From Raillietiella orientalis (taxonomy: Eukaryota): 64,000 bases of DNA. Shown in pieces: positions 23,890 to 36,899 of this stretch (position 1 is its first letter; the number at the start of each line of letters is the position of its first letter). The notes under the pieces are model-generated. The model was not told where the DNA came from. It saw nothing but the letters and a program-made list of their open reading frames with translations, and made no database searches. The translations under genes were made by a program, and so were the position numbers. The DNA is taken from NCBI GenBank assembly GCA_036172245.1, contig JAYWIR010000003.1, positions 6,882,001 through 6,946,000 of the forward strand. Reading direction: 5' to 3'.

Positions 23890-25649
23890 CCGGAAACTTG
23901 GAAGCAAAAAAGGATTCTTCGGGTTGCACAACACAAACGGCACGTTCCGGTTCTCAAGAGTCCCGAAACGGGTAGCAAGATGTGCAACCTGCAGATCGTT
24001 TTCACCCACTTATTGATCCATGCGACTGGGATGCTGCCTCCTCGTCCACGTGATCGCGGTTCCCAAGGAAGTGACGGCGCCGCTGTCGTGGACCGCTGCT
24101 CCGCTCGACCTCCGGACGGGGAGAGGGGTCGGTCGCGTTTGCCTGTAGCCGCAGTGCATCCCGGCAGTGGTTGCGGAAGAGGCTGGCGCAACCTCAGGCA
24201 GGGGCGGGGGCTCGCTTGGGATGCCCCTCGGCCGTGTTTGCCGACAGGTCGTCCAGGTTCGCGCATTCGGCTGGACACGTGCGCTCGACCCCATGGATTT
24301 ATGGTTCCCGCGGTCGAGGTGGAAAGCAAATTGACGGCGATGAGTGCGCGGAGTCGTGCGGGATGATTGCTTGCGCGTCCTGGATGCACCGACGCTGCCC
24401 GCCGCCCTCCCGAAACGTCCATCGTCGAAACAGACAGCAGGCAGCCGTGCATCTTGCAGAAAAGGGCCCTTTCTGCCCTTTTGCGGCTATTACCGGTGAA
24501 CGTGGGCTGCTCGTGGCAGACCGGCAAGCGGGAAGGATTCCCAAACACGCGAGCGCATGCCGACTTTTTTGCCTTGGATGGAATAGGCATCGCTTCGAGG
24601 ATGAGAACGCAGCATTTGGGGGAAGACAGGCACTCGTGAATGAGTGAAAGTTTTCCTGGGCATGCTGCATGCAAGATCCACGACATGCAAGACATAGGCA
24701 TGTTGCAGATCATTGTCAGCAATGGAATTCCTCACCCGCGTTCGTCCGTGGTGATGAAAGCGCCTGTTTTCCATGGTGTTTCGGAACGTGGCGGAATTGC
24801 CGTAAGACAGAAGTGCTGCGGCCGGACCCCCACCGTGAGGGAACTTTTGTCATCCATTTTTCGTTTTTTTTTTTTTTTTTTTTTCTCTTCCTTCCGTGCG
24901 TGCGTCTTGTCGAAGCTGGCAACCCCCCCCCCCCCCTCTTTTCCGCTGAACATCGTTGGAGATGAAGTGCTTCCATCTTGCGGATGCAAAAGCAGTTCCG
25001 GCTTTTAACCCTCCTCCTCCCCCCTTTTTCCCAAAGCCGAGTCCTAGCTTTCGTTTCCCACTTGCGAGCATTTTAACTGATGGGAACTCCGGAGCTAAAG
25101 AAACGCATCAAACAGCCTTTGTCAAACAACGGAGAGTCAACACTCGCATGCCATAAAGGAAACCTGCGGTGTTTCGGTATCCGATAAACGTTCCACGGGT
25201 TCATTCTTTGCATTAGGGAAACCTCCGCGAACCCGACACTGTGCCAACAGGGAGGGGAAGAAGCACCAGGGCATGAGGAATCGATCTCCCGGATCGGGCA
25301 GCTGGCTGCTGCACGTCCCGGTAAAGAGTGACGCTCGCAGGGAGCGGCCGCAGGCTCGCCGATTCCCCTTTCGCACGGCGGCTAAAGCTGCCGGAGGAAA
25401 AGCAGCCCGGTGCGGGCACCACTGGTCTTCGAGTGAGAGGGAGCCGGGGCTGCGGATAGCGGCGCGCGAATTGCTTCCCCCAGGTTGTGGATCAACGGGA
25501 CGACGCTCTTGCCCCCCCCCCCCTTCCCCTTCCCCCGCAAGTGGCCTCTAGCCCTCCTCCTCAAGAGGACAGGAGGGAAAGTGGTCGATCAGAATGCCCG
25601 TGCCTTCCTTAAGAGGACGCGTTTCTTCCGTGCTGAACTTCCTTTTCCC

Positions 25650-26900
25650 GTTTGTCGCGCAGCCCCAGGTGATAGCGGATCTGCAGCCAACGTGAACGCA
25701 AGTCATGTGGACGTCTGCTTAGCCTCAGCATGCAGAGGACGATCCAGGGTGGATGACGGTAAAGGTGGGGAAGCAAAGTATACGTAGGGGTGTGCTGCGC
25801 GAAGGACTCTCCGAAGACGCGGGAACGGGCCGCATCCGCTGGGCGTCGCGCGCACCTTCCGGGAGCGGAGGCGGACGGATGCAGCACGAGCAAGTCGGAG
25901 CCGTTGGTGTCGAGATCGTTCGCACTCCCGATCTCGGCCTAGCAGCAGGTGGTGGTGCACCACACACCCCGATCCCCCAGACCGACCCCGTTCCTCGGAA
26001 GGCACGCACATTGGGAAGATTCTGCTCCAGCTCAGCGCGATCTTGGGAGCGAGGGTACCTTGCCAACCGTTCTCGCCCGTTCCTGGGCTCCTCAACTTTA
26101 GGATGTGGTATCACAGTGTTCCCCTCCCCACCCCACCCCCCACGGCCAAGCAGTGACAGGTTTGCTCGATTTGGCTCTTGACGTCGGGGAGGAGGGTGGG
26201 AAGAGGCGATTTGCCGTCGGGTTTTGGAGGGAACTTCAAGAAGGTGCGCGCAGCTGCCTATGCAAAATAAACCTGGCAGCAACAGCTCCGGGACAAAAAT
26301 CCCATCTCGAGCCTCATGTGACCGCGCTTCTGATTTTGTCGTTGCCTGAGAGGTGTAGCTGCTGGTGAGCAGCGGGGTGCAGGAAATGGGCAGTATCCCT
26401 TCCGGGGAACGGGAAGCCGCCGGCTCGTTCCGGTGGTGCGCGTGGGCTCTGCCGGATGAGACAGAAGGTGGATCAAGCATTGGACGCCAGCAAGGGGCCC
26501 GGCAGCCATCTGGTTCTGCTGTTCTTGGAGGAAGGGCAGGGAGGGAGGGGGGGAGAGCAGCTAGGACGCCTTGCGGGCCGCTGCCGCCGGAGGCGCCAGG
26601 CGGTGGCCAAGGACCGATCGTCCCATACACGGCTGGTGGGAGGCCGCGCGCGTCCTCGACAGGCGAGGAGGAAGGCAGGGAGGCCAGAGAGCAGTAGGGC
26701 ACGAGGCCGTCCCGGGTCCTGGACTCCGGGAGCGCGGCTGTGCACGAGTTAGGCGGACCTTCCCGGCATCCTCTGGCCTCTGTCTCCCGATCGGTCTCGG
26801 CGACCACGCGCATGGGGACGGGAGGAAGAGGAGCAGAGACGGGGACGTCAGCGTTGCCGTGCTCAACCAACGCGTCGCAACCCGTCCGGCAGGGCCATCC
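25650..26900 (+). mobile_element. Degenerate L1/Tx1-like ORF2 3' half
   Basis: Ordered remnants SGSAANVNASH (SGAKVNxxKS), AKYT*G (KYLG), ERGYLAN (GRxLxxN), VGHEAVP (LHGALP). Confidence 0.45.
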
Positions 26901-27083
26901 CGGAAGGGCGGGCAGCGCGTCGCAAGTACGCACCCGTGTACTTGCAGGCCCACTGTGCCGCCGGGTTGGGAGGCGGGATCACGAGGGAAAGAGGGGAGGC
27001 TGCTCGTCCCCGCCGCCGTCTCCCAGAGGAGTGCCGCCGCTCTTGACGGTCCACCCACAGCCGCGGTGGACGACAGACGGCCA

Positions 27084-28438
27084 GGCGTCGGCAGTGGCGT
27101 GTCTTCCGAGGCGAAACGTCCCTGTGCCGACGGGCGGACTTTCCTAGGGCACTTCTTCGTAGGGAACTCCTTCGGACCACCCTACGTATCCAGGAAAGGC
27201 TCCGGGGGAAGGGGCGCGTTCCTCTCTCACCTGAAGGGGGAGGGGGGGGAGTCCCGAAGGGAAACCCAGAGGGAACCTCTTCTTCCCCGTCCTCTCCAGA
27301 AGGAACCCCAAAGCAGAGGGCAACATTCCTCGTTCCTTCCCAAGAGGGAACCCGGAAGGAATCCTCTCCCTGTTACTCCTCTGAGGGGACGCTCAACGAA
27401 GGGAGCAGCACGCTTCTTCGCACTCTGGCGCCAGCTCCTTGGTTCCCGATGGAGAGCCTGTCCCGCCTGAGAGGGTGGGACGGTTCCATTTGCACTACTG
27501 GTGAAGGGGATACCTCGGAGGGTCAGCTTCCAGTCCCGGCCAGCTGACGTTCCCTCTTGCCCCGCGTGCTCCCCGTCTGTCCGTGGGCCTCCGCCGGTCG
27601 TCGGGTTCTCCCGCCCACTGGCCCAACCGGATTTTGGCCGGTCCCTCCTACGCTGCGTGCGGGTGCACGTCCGTCCGTTCTTGCCGCCCTCGCCTTCCTT
27701 CCGCTTTTCGTTTCTTCCGCACGTCTAGGTCCTCGCCACGCAGTCGCCAGGTCGTCTGCGCGTGTGGGGCGGTGCGCGGAGGATTCGAACCCGCGCGCAC
27801 TCGGCTTTGCGGCTGGGACCGGCGCCCCATTCTTCGTCGAGTTCCCCTCCGGCCCCCGCCGCTCCCTCCCCCTTGAAGAACAAGCGTGGCTGCTGCCTGC
27901 GCCCTCAAGAAGAGCACCTTCCAGAATGGGTCATCCGGAAGAGGAAGCAACTAGGATTTCGTACTTCGTTGTAATTTGCTCGCTCGTGAGCTTGTACAGA
28001 CAGACCTGTACAGCGCTCGGAGGGTAGAGTGCGCGGGATGCCTTCGCAAGACTAGCGGTTGCCTGGTTGCTCCTCTTCAGGGGAGGAGTAACCGGGTCGC
28101 TTGCGGGTGGGTGTGGGGGAACTGCCTTCCGGAGAAGAAATCCCGGGAGCGGATCTTTTCCGGGTTCTCTCCGGGGAAGGAACGAGGAATGTTGTTGCCC
28201 TCCCCTTTGAGGTTCCCTCCGGGGAGGACGGGGGAAAAGAGGTGCCCTCTGGGTTTCCCTTCGGGACTCTCCCCCCCCCCTCCCCCTTCAGGCGAGAGAG
28301 GAACGCGCTCCTTCCTCCGGAGCCTTTCCTGGATCCGCAGGGTGCTCCGAAGCAGCTCCCCACGAAGAAGTGCCCTAGGAAAGGTCCGCCCTCGGCACAG
28401 GGACGTCTCGCCGCGGAAGACGTGCCACTGTCGACGCC
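27084..28438. repeat. About 300-bp inverted duplication (27084-27390 and 28071-28438) of a LINE RT fragment
   Basis: Long reverse-complement match, e.g. ttcctagggcacttcttcgt / acgaagaagtgccctaggaa and atccaggaaaggctccgg / ccggagcctttcctggat. The right arm translates to VGELPSGEEIPGAD...EVPSGFPFG (GKSPGPDG...GxLPxS), and both arms resemble 12420-12460. Confidence 0.9.
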
Positions 28439-30713
28439 CAGCCATCCTTGGCGACTCCTCGTCCCGAAGACGGTGCCTCGAGCCGCGAGGATCCATCACC
28501 TGCGCGCGTGCGGCGCGGTTGCCCCGCGCGTCTCCGGGGTGGCGTGCGCGTCGCCTTTCGAGGCGGTCCGCCGCAGGAAGAGCCGGGTGTCGCATCCCGC
28601 AAAGTTGCCTCGCGAGCCCTCAGCGTCGAAGGAAAGCGGTAGGGCGTCGTTCCACCCCGCGCGCCAGGAACGCGCGAGCCTTCTTCGCGCCGGTCCCCCA
28701 CTGACGCCGGTAAGAACATCGTCCAGTGGGATCCGTCGAGGATCTCACTCGTCGCCGTCCCTCGGAGCTTCCGATCCTTTCCTTCCCCAACGCTCCGAGG
28801 AGGAGGGGAAGGAGCACTCTGGAGCAGGAAGAGAAGGAGGGAGCTGTTGATGCATCGGGCGGTCCAGTTCCGATGGTAGAGTTCTTGCATTCCCGGCAAC
28901 GCCCATCGCCTCGCCATTTTCCCCACTCTGCAGTTGTGTCTCGAGGTTACGCGATTGCGTCGCGATTGGGAATACGAGGGAACGAGAGGGCTGCTCCCTT
29001 CGAGTGGTCCCCAGATTGATCTCTCGGAGGCGGGTAAGGAGGTTCCTCACTTTTTAGCGGTTTCTCTCAAGCGTTGCGATGCATCAGCCCTTCTCTAGCC
29101 TCCGCGACGTGCATCACGATGCGTCGTGCAGTGGAGAGACATTCAAATTAAAGGATTGGGGTCCAGACGGAAAAGATTTATCGTTTGGTACGGAAGTCGC
29201 TACCGGGGAAGTCACAGGACCGGTTCAAACGGAGGAACGGAGGAAAATCCGGATTTTTCTCCCGGATCTGCTCGCACAGCTGAAATCTTCGTGACGTTTC
29301 GTACGGAGGGATTCTCTCCCGTGTCTCACACACACACACACACACACTCGATCGATAGCATGGGTTTTTTCCTCCGTCTTAAGAGGCGATTTGCAATCGC
29401 AGGAAGACGGGAGGAATTTCACCGAAGGATTTTTTTTTCTTTTTTTCTAGGGGGCTCTCCGTTCGTTCAACCATCGCACACGGCGGCGGTTCGAGGGTTT
29501 CGCGAGTATTAAAATAGAGCAGCGCATACAGACGAAGAAGATGTTTACAAGCAACCGGATTATTTTTGGCAGCATCCTCAGGTGACTCACGGAAGATTCA
29601 AGCATGCTTGAGATTCAGGCTGAGAGCAGGCGTAATTTATCTTCCACATAGGGAGAAAACGATTTCTTTTTTCCGTGCTCCGAAGCCGGAACGGCTGCTG
29701 CTGCTGCTGTTTTTTTTTTTCTGTTGTTTCCGCGCAACTGCATCCTGCCTTCCCCCTCCATCAGCGACGAGCAGCCATCCTTCCTTCCTCCCGGTCGAGG
29801 ACCAAAAGGGCTGTGGATTTCGGAACCGCATTGTCGAGCTTCGGTTTGTCCCTTCGGAACCCGGTCTCCCGGTTTCCTCCCTCCCCCTCCTTCGCTGTCA
29901 TTTTCTCCGACTGGAACAGCGCAAAGTGCCGTTTGCTTCCACCCGGTCCTCCGACGTCTTTTGCTTCCCTTTCCGCTCGTCGGAATTTCCCTTCGCCGGC
30001 CTGCGCGCGTTCGCTTCGCTCGCTCGCTCGTCCTCGCGCGGTGGTCGGTGGTGGGCTGTCCTCCTTCCAGGGTGGGAGCTCTCGGTTGCTGACATTTTGT
30101 GTAACTCCTGGCACATAAAATGGCGGCCTCGTGGTTGCAGACGGACGGCAGCACGCGGACGCAGAGAAACACAAATGCCAAGCATGCAAGAAGCGTCGTT
30201 GCTGGCCAGCGTGTCGCTTCTTCCGTTCCTCGTTTGGACCGCGAGCGGCTCCACTCGCTGTTACGCGGTTCACGGTGTCGTCCTTTTTCTTTTTGTTCCC
30301 CTCTTGGGAGGAGGAGGGGGGGATGCGCACGCGCGGATCAAGCTGGCCATCTTGATCCTGACGAAAACAGAAAAAAAACAGGAAACAAACTGATTGTGGT
30401 TGGTTCGCGATTGTTCTAGGGAATGGTGGTGCCGTCTTCAACCTGAAGAGTTCCTCTCGGCGTAGACCAGGACGGCGAGTAGGGAACAGCATTCGAAGGG
30501 GCCCACAAGTAACGTACGCTGCTCGTGAGCACCTCCGAACCGTTTCCATCCGACCCACACAGCGCACGTCCATGCTGACGACTTCGGTTCCTTTCTTTCT
30601 CCGTGTTCCTCCTTGGGCCGCCGGGCTACCGTCGTTTTCCCATGTTCGTGAGCCCCCCTCCTCGTCAGGGCTCTCTCTGCTCGTTTGCTTTCGCGTGTCT
30701 TGAAAACTGCACC

Positions 30714-30715
<2 letters not shown>

Positions 30716-30763
<48 letters not shown>
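30716..30763. repeat. (ATG)16 microsatellite
   Basis: Direct reading. Confidence 0.97.
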
Positions 30764-31497
30764 TGGCACCGGCGGCGGTCGTCGTCGACGCGAGGCGCAC
30801 CGATGTCGCGTCGTGAAGAGCGGTCCTTTCCGTGGGCACACTTCTTCGGCTGCGAGGTTCACCGCGCTCTTTTCGCCTTCTTCTTCTTCTTCTTCTTCCT
30901 CTCCTGGGTCGGGTTCCAGGCCTTTCCCGTTTGCGCGCATTCTTGGCTCCGCGCGCGTTTTCCTCGTGCGCACGTAGCATTCCCGGCGAGCTCCGTCTCG
31001 CGCGCGGAGAGTCTGCGTCTTCTCTCCCCCCGCGCTCCCCCCGAAGTTTCGAACCTTCCTCCGCCCTGTTTGTTCCCCATTCCGAGAAATAAATTCGAAA
31101 CTTTCCTCTTTGATCTCCCAACTTTGCGAGTGTCCTTTGAAGTTGCATTAACCGGTGATGCATTCGAGTTGTTTTGTTTTTGTACCTCGCCAGGGAAAAA
31201 AGAAGAGGAAAAAAAACACATTCGAGTTTTTCCTAAAGACTTTGGCCGAGTAAAATGGGATTGGCGAAACTTACGGAGGAGGGAGAAAGCAAGAAGGAAA
31301 AAAAAGAAAAAAGCGTTCTTCCGAATATTCGGAGCGTTTCTGCATTCAACGAATACAATTCAATTAGTCTAGACGGAGAAATCTTCCCCCCGTTAAATTT
31401 TCGATAAACCCCGGGATAAATCACTCGGTTCCCTACGAGCAGCGGCTAATTCTGGAAAATTCACTCGGAAAAGAGCAGCATTTCGAAATCGAGTTTG

Positions 31498-31528
<31 letters not shown>

Positions 31529-31539
31529 GGTAAATTGCA

Positions 31540-31544
<5 letters not shown>

Positions 31545-31583
<39 letters not shown>
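31545..31583. repeat. (CAG)13 microsatellite
   Basis: Direct reading. Confidence 0.97.
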
Positions 31584-31584
<1 letters not shown>

Positions 31585-32646
31585 TCCTTTCACTCCAAGT
31601 TGCTTTGCTATTCAAATGTCTCGGCAGAGAAAGGGGTGACCGGGCAACAGCAGGAAAGGGAAAGAGGAGAGAGGGGGGAGAGAGGGGGAAGAAGAAAAGG
31701 AAAGAAGAAAAAAAAAAAAAGGCGAAAAATTGGCATCCATGCAACTGCCGGTGGTGGCCCCAGCGACAGTAGTAGTGCAGGTGACGTCGTCGTAGTCAAC
31801 GGAGATGTTCCTTTCCGGATTCAGCGTTGTATAATTCCGCCACTTATCACTCTCAGATGTGATTTCTTCCTTCTTCTTCTTCTTCTTCTTTTTCGACTTG
31901 CATTCACGACGTCAGTGATGATCGTTCTCTTGGAAAACAGAGTCAATCGCTGACGAATTTCGAAAACGGACTGCTGATTTTTTTTTAAAAAAAAAGAAAG
32001 ACATGTGTGGAAATGAGTAATCGATCGAAAAATTAAACTAGGGTTTGTTCTTTTCGCCGGTCACGAATGTCATTAGTCACTATAACGACAGACGAGAAAT
32101 CCATTTTAGCTTAGCGAGTAGGCTTTTTTCCCCTTTATCGTATTAGGAAACGGGAGTTTGCGTTCTCTGAAATAGAAATTTATCCAAAAATAGGGAATAT
32201 CCCCTCCGAAACGACTGTGTTTCCCTCGACAAAGGTATTTCCCACGTAAGAAATAATTATAAATAATAGCAATTGGCAAAAATAAGCAAAAAGAATTTGC
32301 TGCAACCAAATCTGGAGAGCGAGCGAGAGGCGGACGGGGGGGGGGGGGGGGGAAGGAAAATGGCGCACTCCGCAAGATTGCCATGATTGATTGATTCGAC
32401 GAAGAAAGCACGCGTTACCTTTGAAATTTCGACGAAATTCGGTTTCGAAAATAGAATCGCACGTGTAAACAGGAAGAAATAATTTGCAGATAAATTGCAG
32501 AAATAATTTGCAGATTTGTCATCCCTCATGCGGCTTCGTCGCTGCGTTCAATCCGTGCGGATTCCAAACGGAGGGCGGTTGTTAATTTGCTGGTAACTGG
32601 CAAAAATAAAGGGTTGCCACGAGCGGGCCGAGCGATAGAAAACGGG

Positions 32647-32650
32647 ATAT

Positions 32651-32686
<36 letters not shown>
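32647..32686. repeat. Interrupted (AT)n microsatellite
   Basis: Direct reading. Confidence 0.95.
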
Positions 32687-32691
<5 letters not shown>

Positions 32692-33849
32692 CAAATGTGT
32701 AGAACATATATATAGGCGCGTCAATCAGCCTGCTTGTTTGTGTGGCGCTTCTCCATGGCGAAGGCACGGAATACACGCGTAGCGTTCCCGAGACCCGAAA
32801 AAACTTTCCCGCGCGAGAAAATTGCCCAAGTCAGGAAGAAAAAAAAAAATCCGGGAGAAGGTCATCATGGGCCGACTCTGACCTTGGGTTCGGAAGCGAT
32901 GCTGCTCCTATTTTAAGGTGCAGCGGCGGCTAGCGTGTGCGCGATTGCTCTTCACCCTTTTCGGAGATGCGTTCGGAAGCTGCCGCAGTCTCTGCCATCT
33001 CCTCACGACCGGGGTGAACCCTGCGGGCGGAATTGTCGGTTTGGTTGCCCCGCAAGCAGTTCAGTCAGCAGCGGAGCCGACAGAGCTCTTCTTCAGCTCT
33101 CTTCTCGCGAATGACGGCGGGCACAGAAGCGCGGGAAAATCCGATCCGCGGAAAATCGACGCTTCGCAGGCGCAACCTGCCTCTGCTGCTGCTGCCCACG
33201 GGGCTCCCCCGTCACGGGGGGAACGCTCGGACCGGTGCAACGAGGACGGGGAGCCTCGACAGCGTGTCGTCCCCTCCGGCCCCTCCTCGGGAGGCCGTTT
33301 CTCCTCCGGAGTCTCCGGGGGAGGTGCGCCCCGCTTTTCCTATTCCGGAGGGGAGGGGGGGGGGTGACAGGGAGGGGAAGCGTCGGTAGTCACTGAACTC
33401 CAGGTGGAATCCGTCGCCAGCACCTGGACACTCCAGCGAGCGAGCAAGAAGTGGTGGGCGTGAACAGGATTTCCAGCGAGAGGGGAAGGGGGACCTCCGA
33501 CCGGTGAACCCGCGGAACGCATGTCCGAAAAATCTCGAGCCTGCCAGGGAACGCCTGTGGCAGCACTGTCCGCGGGAAGAGGAGAAGGAGGCGGGTTTCC
33601 GTCGCCGGTTCCGGCGGGGGTGTAGGCGGAGCTGCCGCCCGTTTGCTGGCTGCGCGGTGCCCATCCTGAGGGCGCTGCTGTTGCTTCCCCCTCCGAACGC
33701 GAGAGGGAGAGGAACCGGAAGGTCTCGTCATGTTTACACACGCGCCTTGTGCGCGCGTTCCACTAGTGATTTACTGCGCCTGGGTCCTCCCCTCCCTTCC
33801 CCTTTCCTCTCTCCTCCTCCTCTTACCCCCCCCCCCTTCCTTCTCGACT

Positions 33850-35150
33850 TCATCCCGAAAATTCCATCTGCTGAGCTCCTGGAGAACGGTTGCCAGGCTG
33901 CGGCAGCGATTCCGCATGCTCGGAGGAGTCGCCTTCCGCAATGGATCCGCCTTGGGGCGCCAGGAGAATCTCCCTTTCGTCCCGTATCACTCGGAGGTCG
34001 GCAGTCGGGCCGCTCTTCGCAAATCGACCGGCGAAGCTCGCGCGCCTCCTGGGCGGGAAATATCCATCTGCCCTACTCCCTCCTTCCGCCGGTTGGTCGG
34101 TCTTTCGCGCCCGTTCCCAGCGGGCGCTCTCCCGAGCGGACGGCCTGTCGCCTCGCCCCCGCCCTCTTCCCTTCGCTTGCGGACGAACGGCACGAGCCGT
34201 GGGGCGTGGCGGCCGTTCGACCCGCCGCCTTTTTGGGAGAGGGTGGCGCTTCGAGAATCCTTCCTCTTTGAAGGAACCCCTGAGTGTCCCCTGTAGGGTC
34301 GGGGTGTTGGTCAACAAGCCCGGGACGAGGAAGGGGGGGGGGAGCGGATCGCACACGCTCCAGGTCGTTGAATCCAGGCCGCAATATCCGTTCTTTCTTC
34401 TTCCGCGCAAGAGGTGTCTCTCTGCATCACCCGCATGCCTGGGGGGACGTGTCGCCGGAGTGTGTGCACCGGAGTCGCGGGAGACGAGGAGGTTCTTCTG
34501 CGGGGCGTCAGGCGGAACGGCCGGGGCAGGGAGAGCACACGCGCTCTCTCTGCTCTCGGAAGAGGCTGCTCGTTCGTGGACGGCCACGACAAAGTCGCGG
34601 AGGTTCCCCCAGGGACAGACGCACGCGCGTCGGGGTCTGGGGCGTGCGCCCAGGAGAGCGGACCTTCCCGTCGCACCGCGCCCCCGATCCTCCTCGCCCC
34701 GAGGTTGTTGGTGCTCTCCTTCCGACCCGCCCCTTGCTGCTGGCGAGCAACGCCGCTTCGAGGTCAAGCGAGAGAGGGAAGCGGAAGTGACCCTCCTACG
34801 CTCCAGTTTTTCTCTGGCCCCGTTTCTTCCAGGGACCCCACCAGCTCGACTGTTCCGAGGTGCCTCTCCCGCCTTCTACCCCCTTCAGGCGCAAGGCGGT
34901 GCAGTGGTGTCACAGGGGGCGCCGTCGCCCGCACGCTCTCTCCTTCCCGTCTCTTCGCGGGCGGCTGCCAGTACGCGTTGTCTCCTTTCCGCACGCCTTC
35001 TCACATCCCCAACGGGGGATTGGGTGGGGGAGGTGCTCCCGCCGGAGTGTTCAAGGAAAAAATCTCTTGATCCTGCGCGGCTGCCTGGATCTGGTGCCCG
35101 AGTAGACCGCGGGTAGGGCAAAGGAGGGGCGGGAGGTCGACAGGTGAAAT
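33850..35150 (+). mobile_element. Decayed L1/Tx1-like endonuclease-to-RT fragment
   Basis: AGNIHLPYSLL (SRLDRIY), GRGWRFENPSSLKEP (GxWKLNxSLL), LLVRGR (GAxxRSR), GAPAGVFKE (GLPAEFYK). Confidence 0.4.
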
Positions 35151-35749
35151 TCCGACGCGCGTCCTCTTCTCTGACTCGCGCGCGTTTGCGCAAGGACCCT
35201 CCCACCTGCCCGGGGAGGGAGTGAAGGGGCGGTCGACAAGTTGCTCGCACTAGCCGCTTCCACCGCCTGCGCGCTGCTGCAGCAGCAGCAGCAGCCTTTG
35301 TCACCTCCGTGGTGCAAAGGAGCCAGGCCGGCCACTCGCACGGTCACCTGCGGGTGGGAAGGCCACATTTTGCCCTTGAGAAGGGAGGGGGGGGGGAAGG
35401 AGCAAGAGGACTCCGCTTGAGTGTGGACAGCGGTCCACTCCACCGCGCGGTCGCGACGGATGCACCCGGAAGAAAGGACCTGCCGAGGAGCGATGGTCGC
35501 TCCCTCCCTCGCCTTCTCAACGCCGGGCCCGGGAGGACCTCCCCCGCACCACTCCGCGGTGCACGGACCACAGAGGTCGGTGCCCCGGACTCGTACGCAG
35601 AGAACGCAGTCGTCGGCGCTGCCCCCGTTCGTTCGACCCCGTCGGGAGGAAGGGGAAGGAGCTCCGGGAATTTCCATCGTTCTTCCCGATGGCGCGCGCC
35701 GATTGGGACGCACGTTGTCCCTCCTCCCTTCCCTGATGGGTTGGATCCT

Positions 35750-36550
35750 TCAAACCGTGCGGACCCCTCACCTTCACCTTCGAGTTCCACGGACCCTGCA
35801 CCACGCTTGCGCGCCCCACGCGTCGGGCCGCCGCCGTCCGTCCGCTCACGCAGGCAGCACGGCGTCCCGTGGCCGCCGTCGCCGGCTTCTTCCTCTCGAG
35901 CTCGCTGCCCAGGCAACGGAACGGGCGCTTGGCGCACCGGGAGACGGAGGGAGGGTGGGAGGAGGAGGTCGCAAGAAATCCCTTCCGACCAAGTCCGGCG
36001 GGAGGCGCGCTCCTCCTCGGCACTCTGGAGCAAGCAGGGAAGTGTCAAGGTCGTGCCCAGCCAAGATCGCAGGAAGCTGAGAAGCCGCACACGGGAAGGT
36101 CGGGAAAGCATCCAGACGATGCACGCAGGAGGAGGAGGAGATAGATGCACGCAAGAGGGAGGGGGAACCCACACGAATGCCCCGTGGGGTGCGTGACCTT
36201 GAAGAGTTTCGGGACCCAAGGCCCTGCCCTGCGCAAACACAGACGGGAAAGGGCGGATGACGACAGCAGCAGATGGGTGAGGCCAAGCCGCGGGGCGCGC
36301 GGATGCGTCAGGCGGCGGGCCGAGCTTCGCGCGCCAACCTGTGTGAGGTGCGGCCACCGACGACGGATGGTGTCCGAAGACCGGGATATCGTCGGCCTGG
36401 GGAAGGAACGGGAAGAATTCAGCCTGGGCAATCGGAGGCACCTCGGGCCGCCGCAAGGCCACCTCAAAGTGCCCAGGCAGCAGACGGCAGAGGAAAGCCG
36501 CCATTTCTGGCTCGCGCTGCTTTCCCTCTGCTTTTTCACGTCTCTAAATA
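35750..36550 (-). mobile_element. Decayed LINE RT core fragment
   Basis: LLPGHFEVALRR...FLPQADDIPVFGHHPSSV resembles LLFxxxxEPL...YADDVTVFxxDxxS. Confidence 0.55.
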
Positions 36551-36678
36551 TTTGCGATGGCAAGGGAAACAGAGCAGTGTTTCGTGTTTGCAGAGCGCGT
36601 GCCTGCGTCGATCCCTCGTGATTTTTGGCATATAGCTGAAGTTCCAGGATGAAAATAGTAGGGGGGAGGAGGGGGAAT

Positions 36679-36711
<33 letters not shown>

Positions 36712-36899
36712 GAAACGGTGCACGAAATTGCGACGTCATCTTTGCTTTCAGCAGTGCCATCTACTCAGGCGCAGATGCACGCAAAGACACTTTCCTGCCT
36801 CACGAGGAAAGGCACCTTCCAGCAATCGGTTTTTGCAGCAAACGATGAAAGATGCTCCCGAAAGATGGGAAGTGGGAAGAGCGAGCTTACATGCCTCCG

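Noticed and set aside
27770..27830. tRNA or SINE on the minus strand (gggttcgaatcc B-box)
   Set aside because: No clear A-box, the T-stem is imperfect, and no cloverleaf could be built.
30665..30973. Poly-His, poly-Met and poly-Ser ORFs
   Set aside because: Translations of an (ATG)n microsatellite, with no splice or homology support.
31911..31977. C/D-box snoRNA (GTGATGA...CTGA)
   Set aside because: Too short, box spacing is unconvincing, and no guide complementarity was identified.
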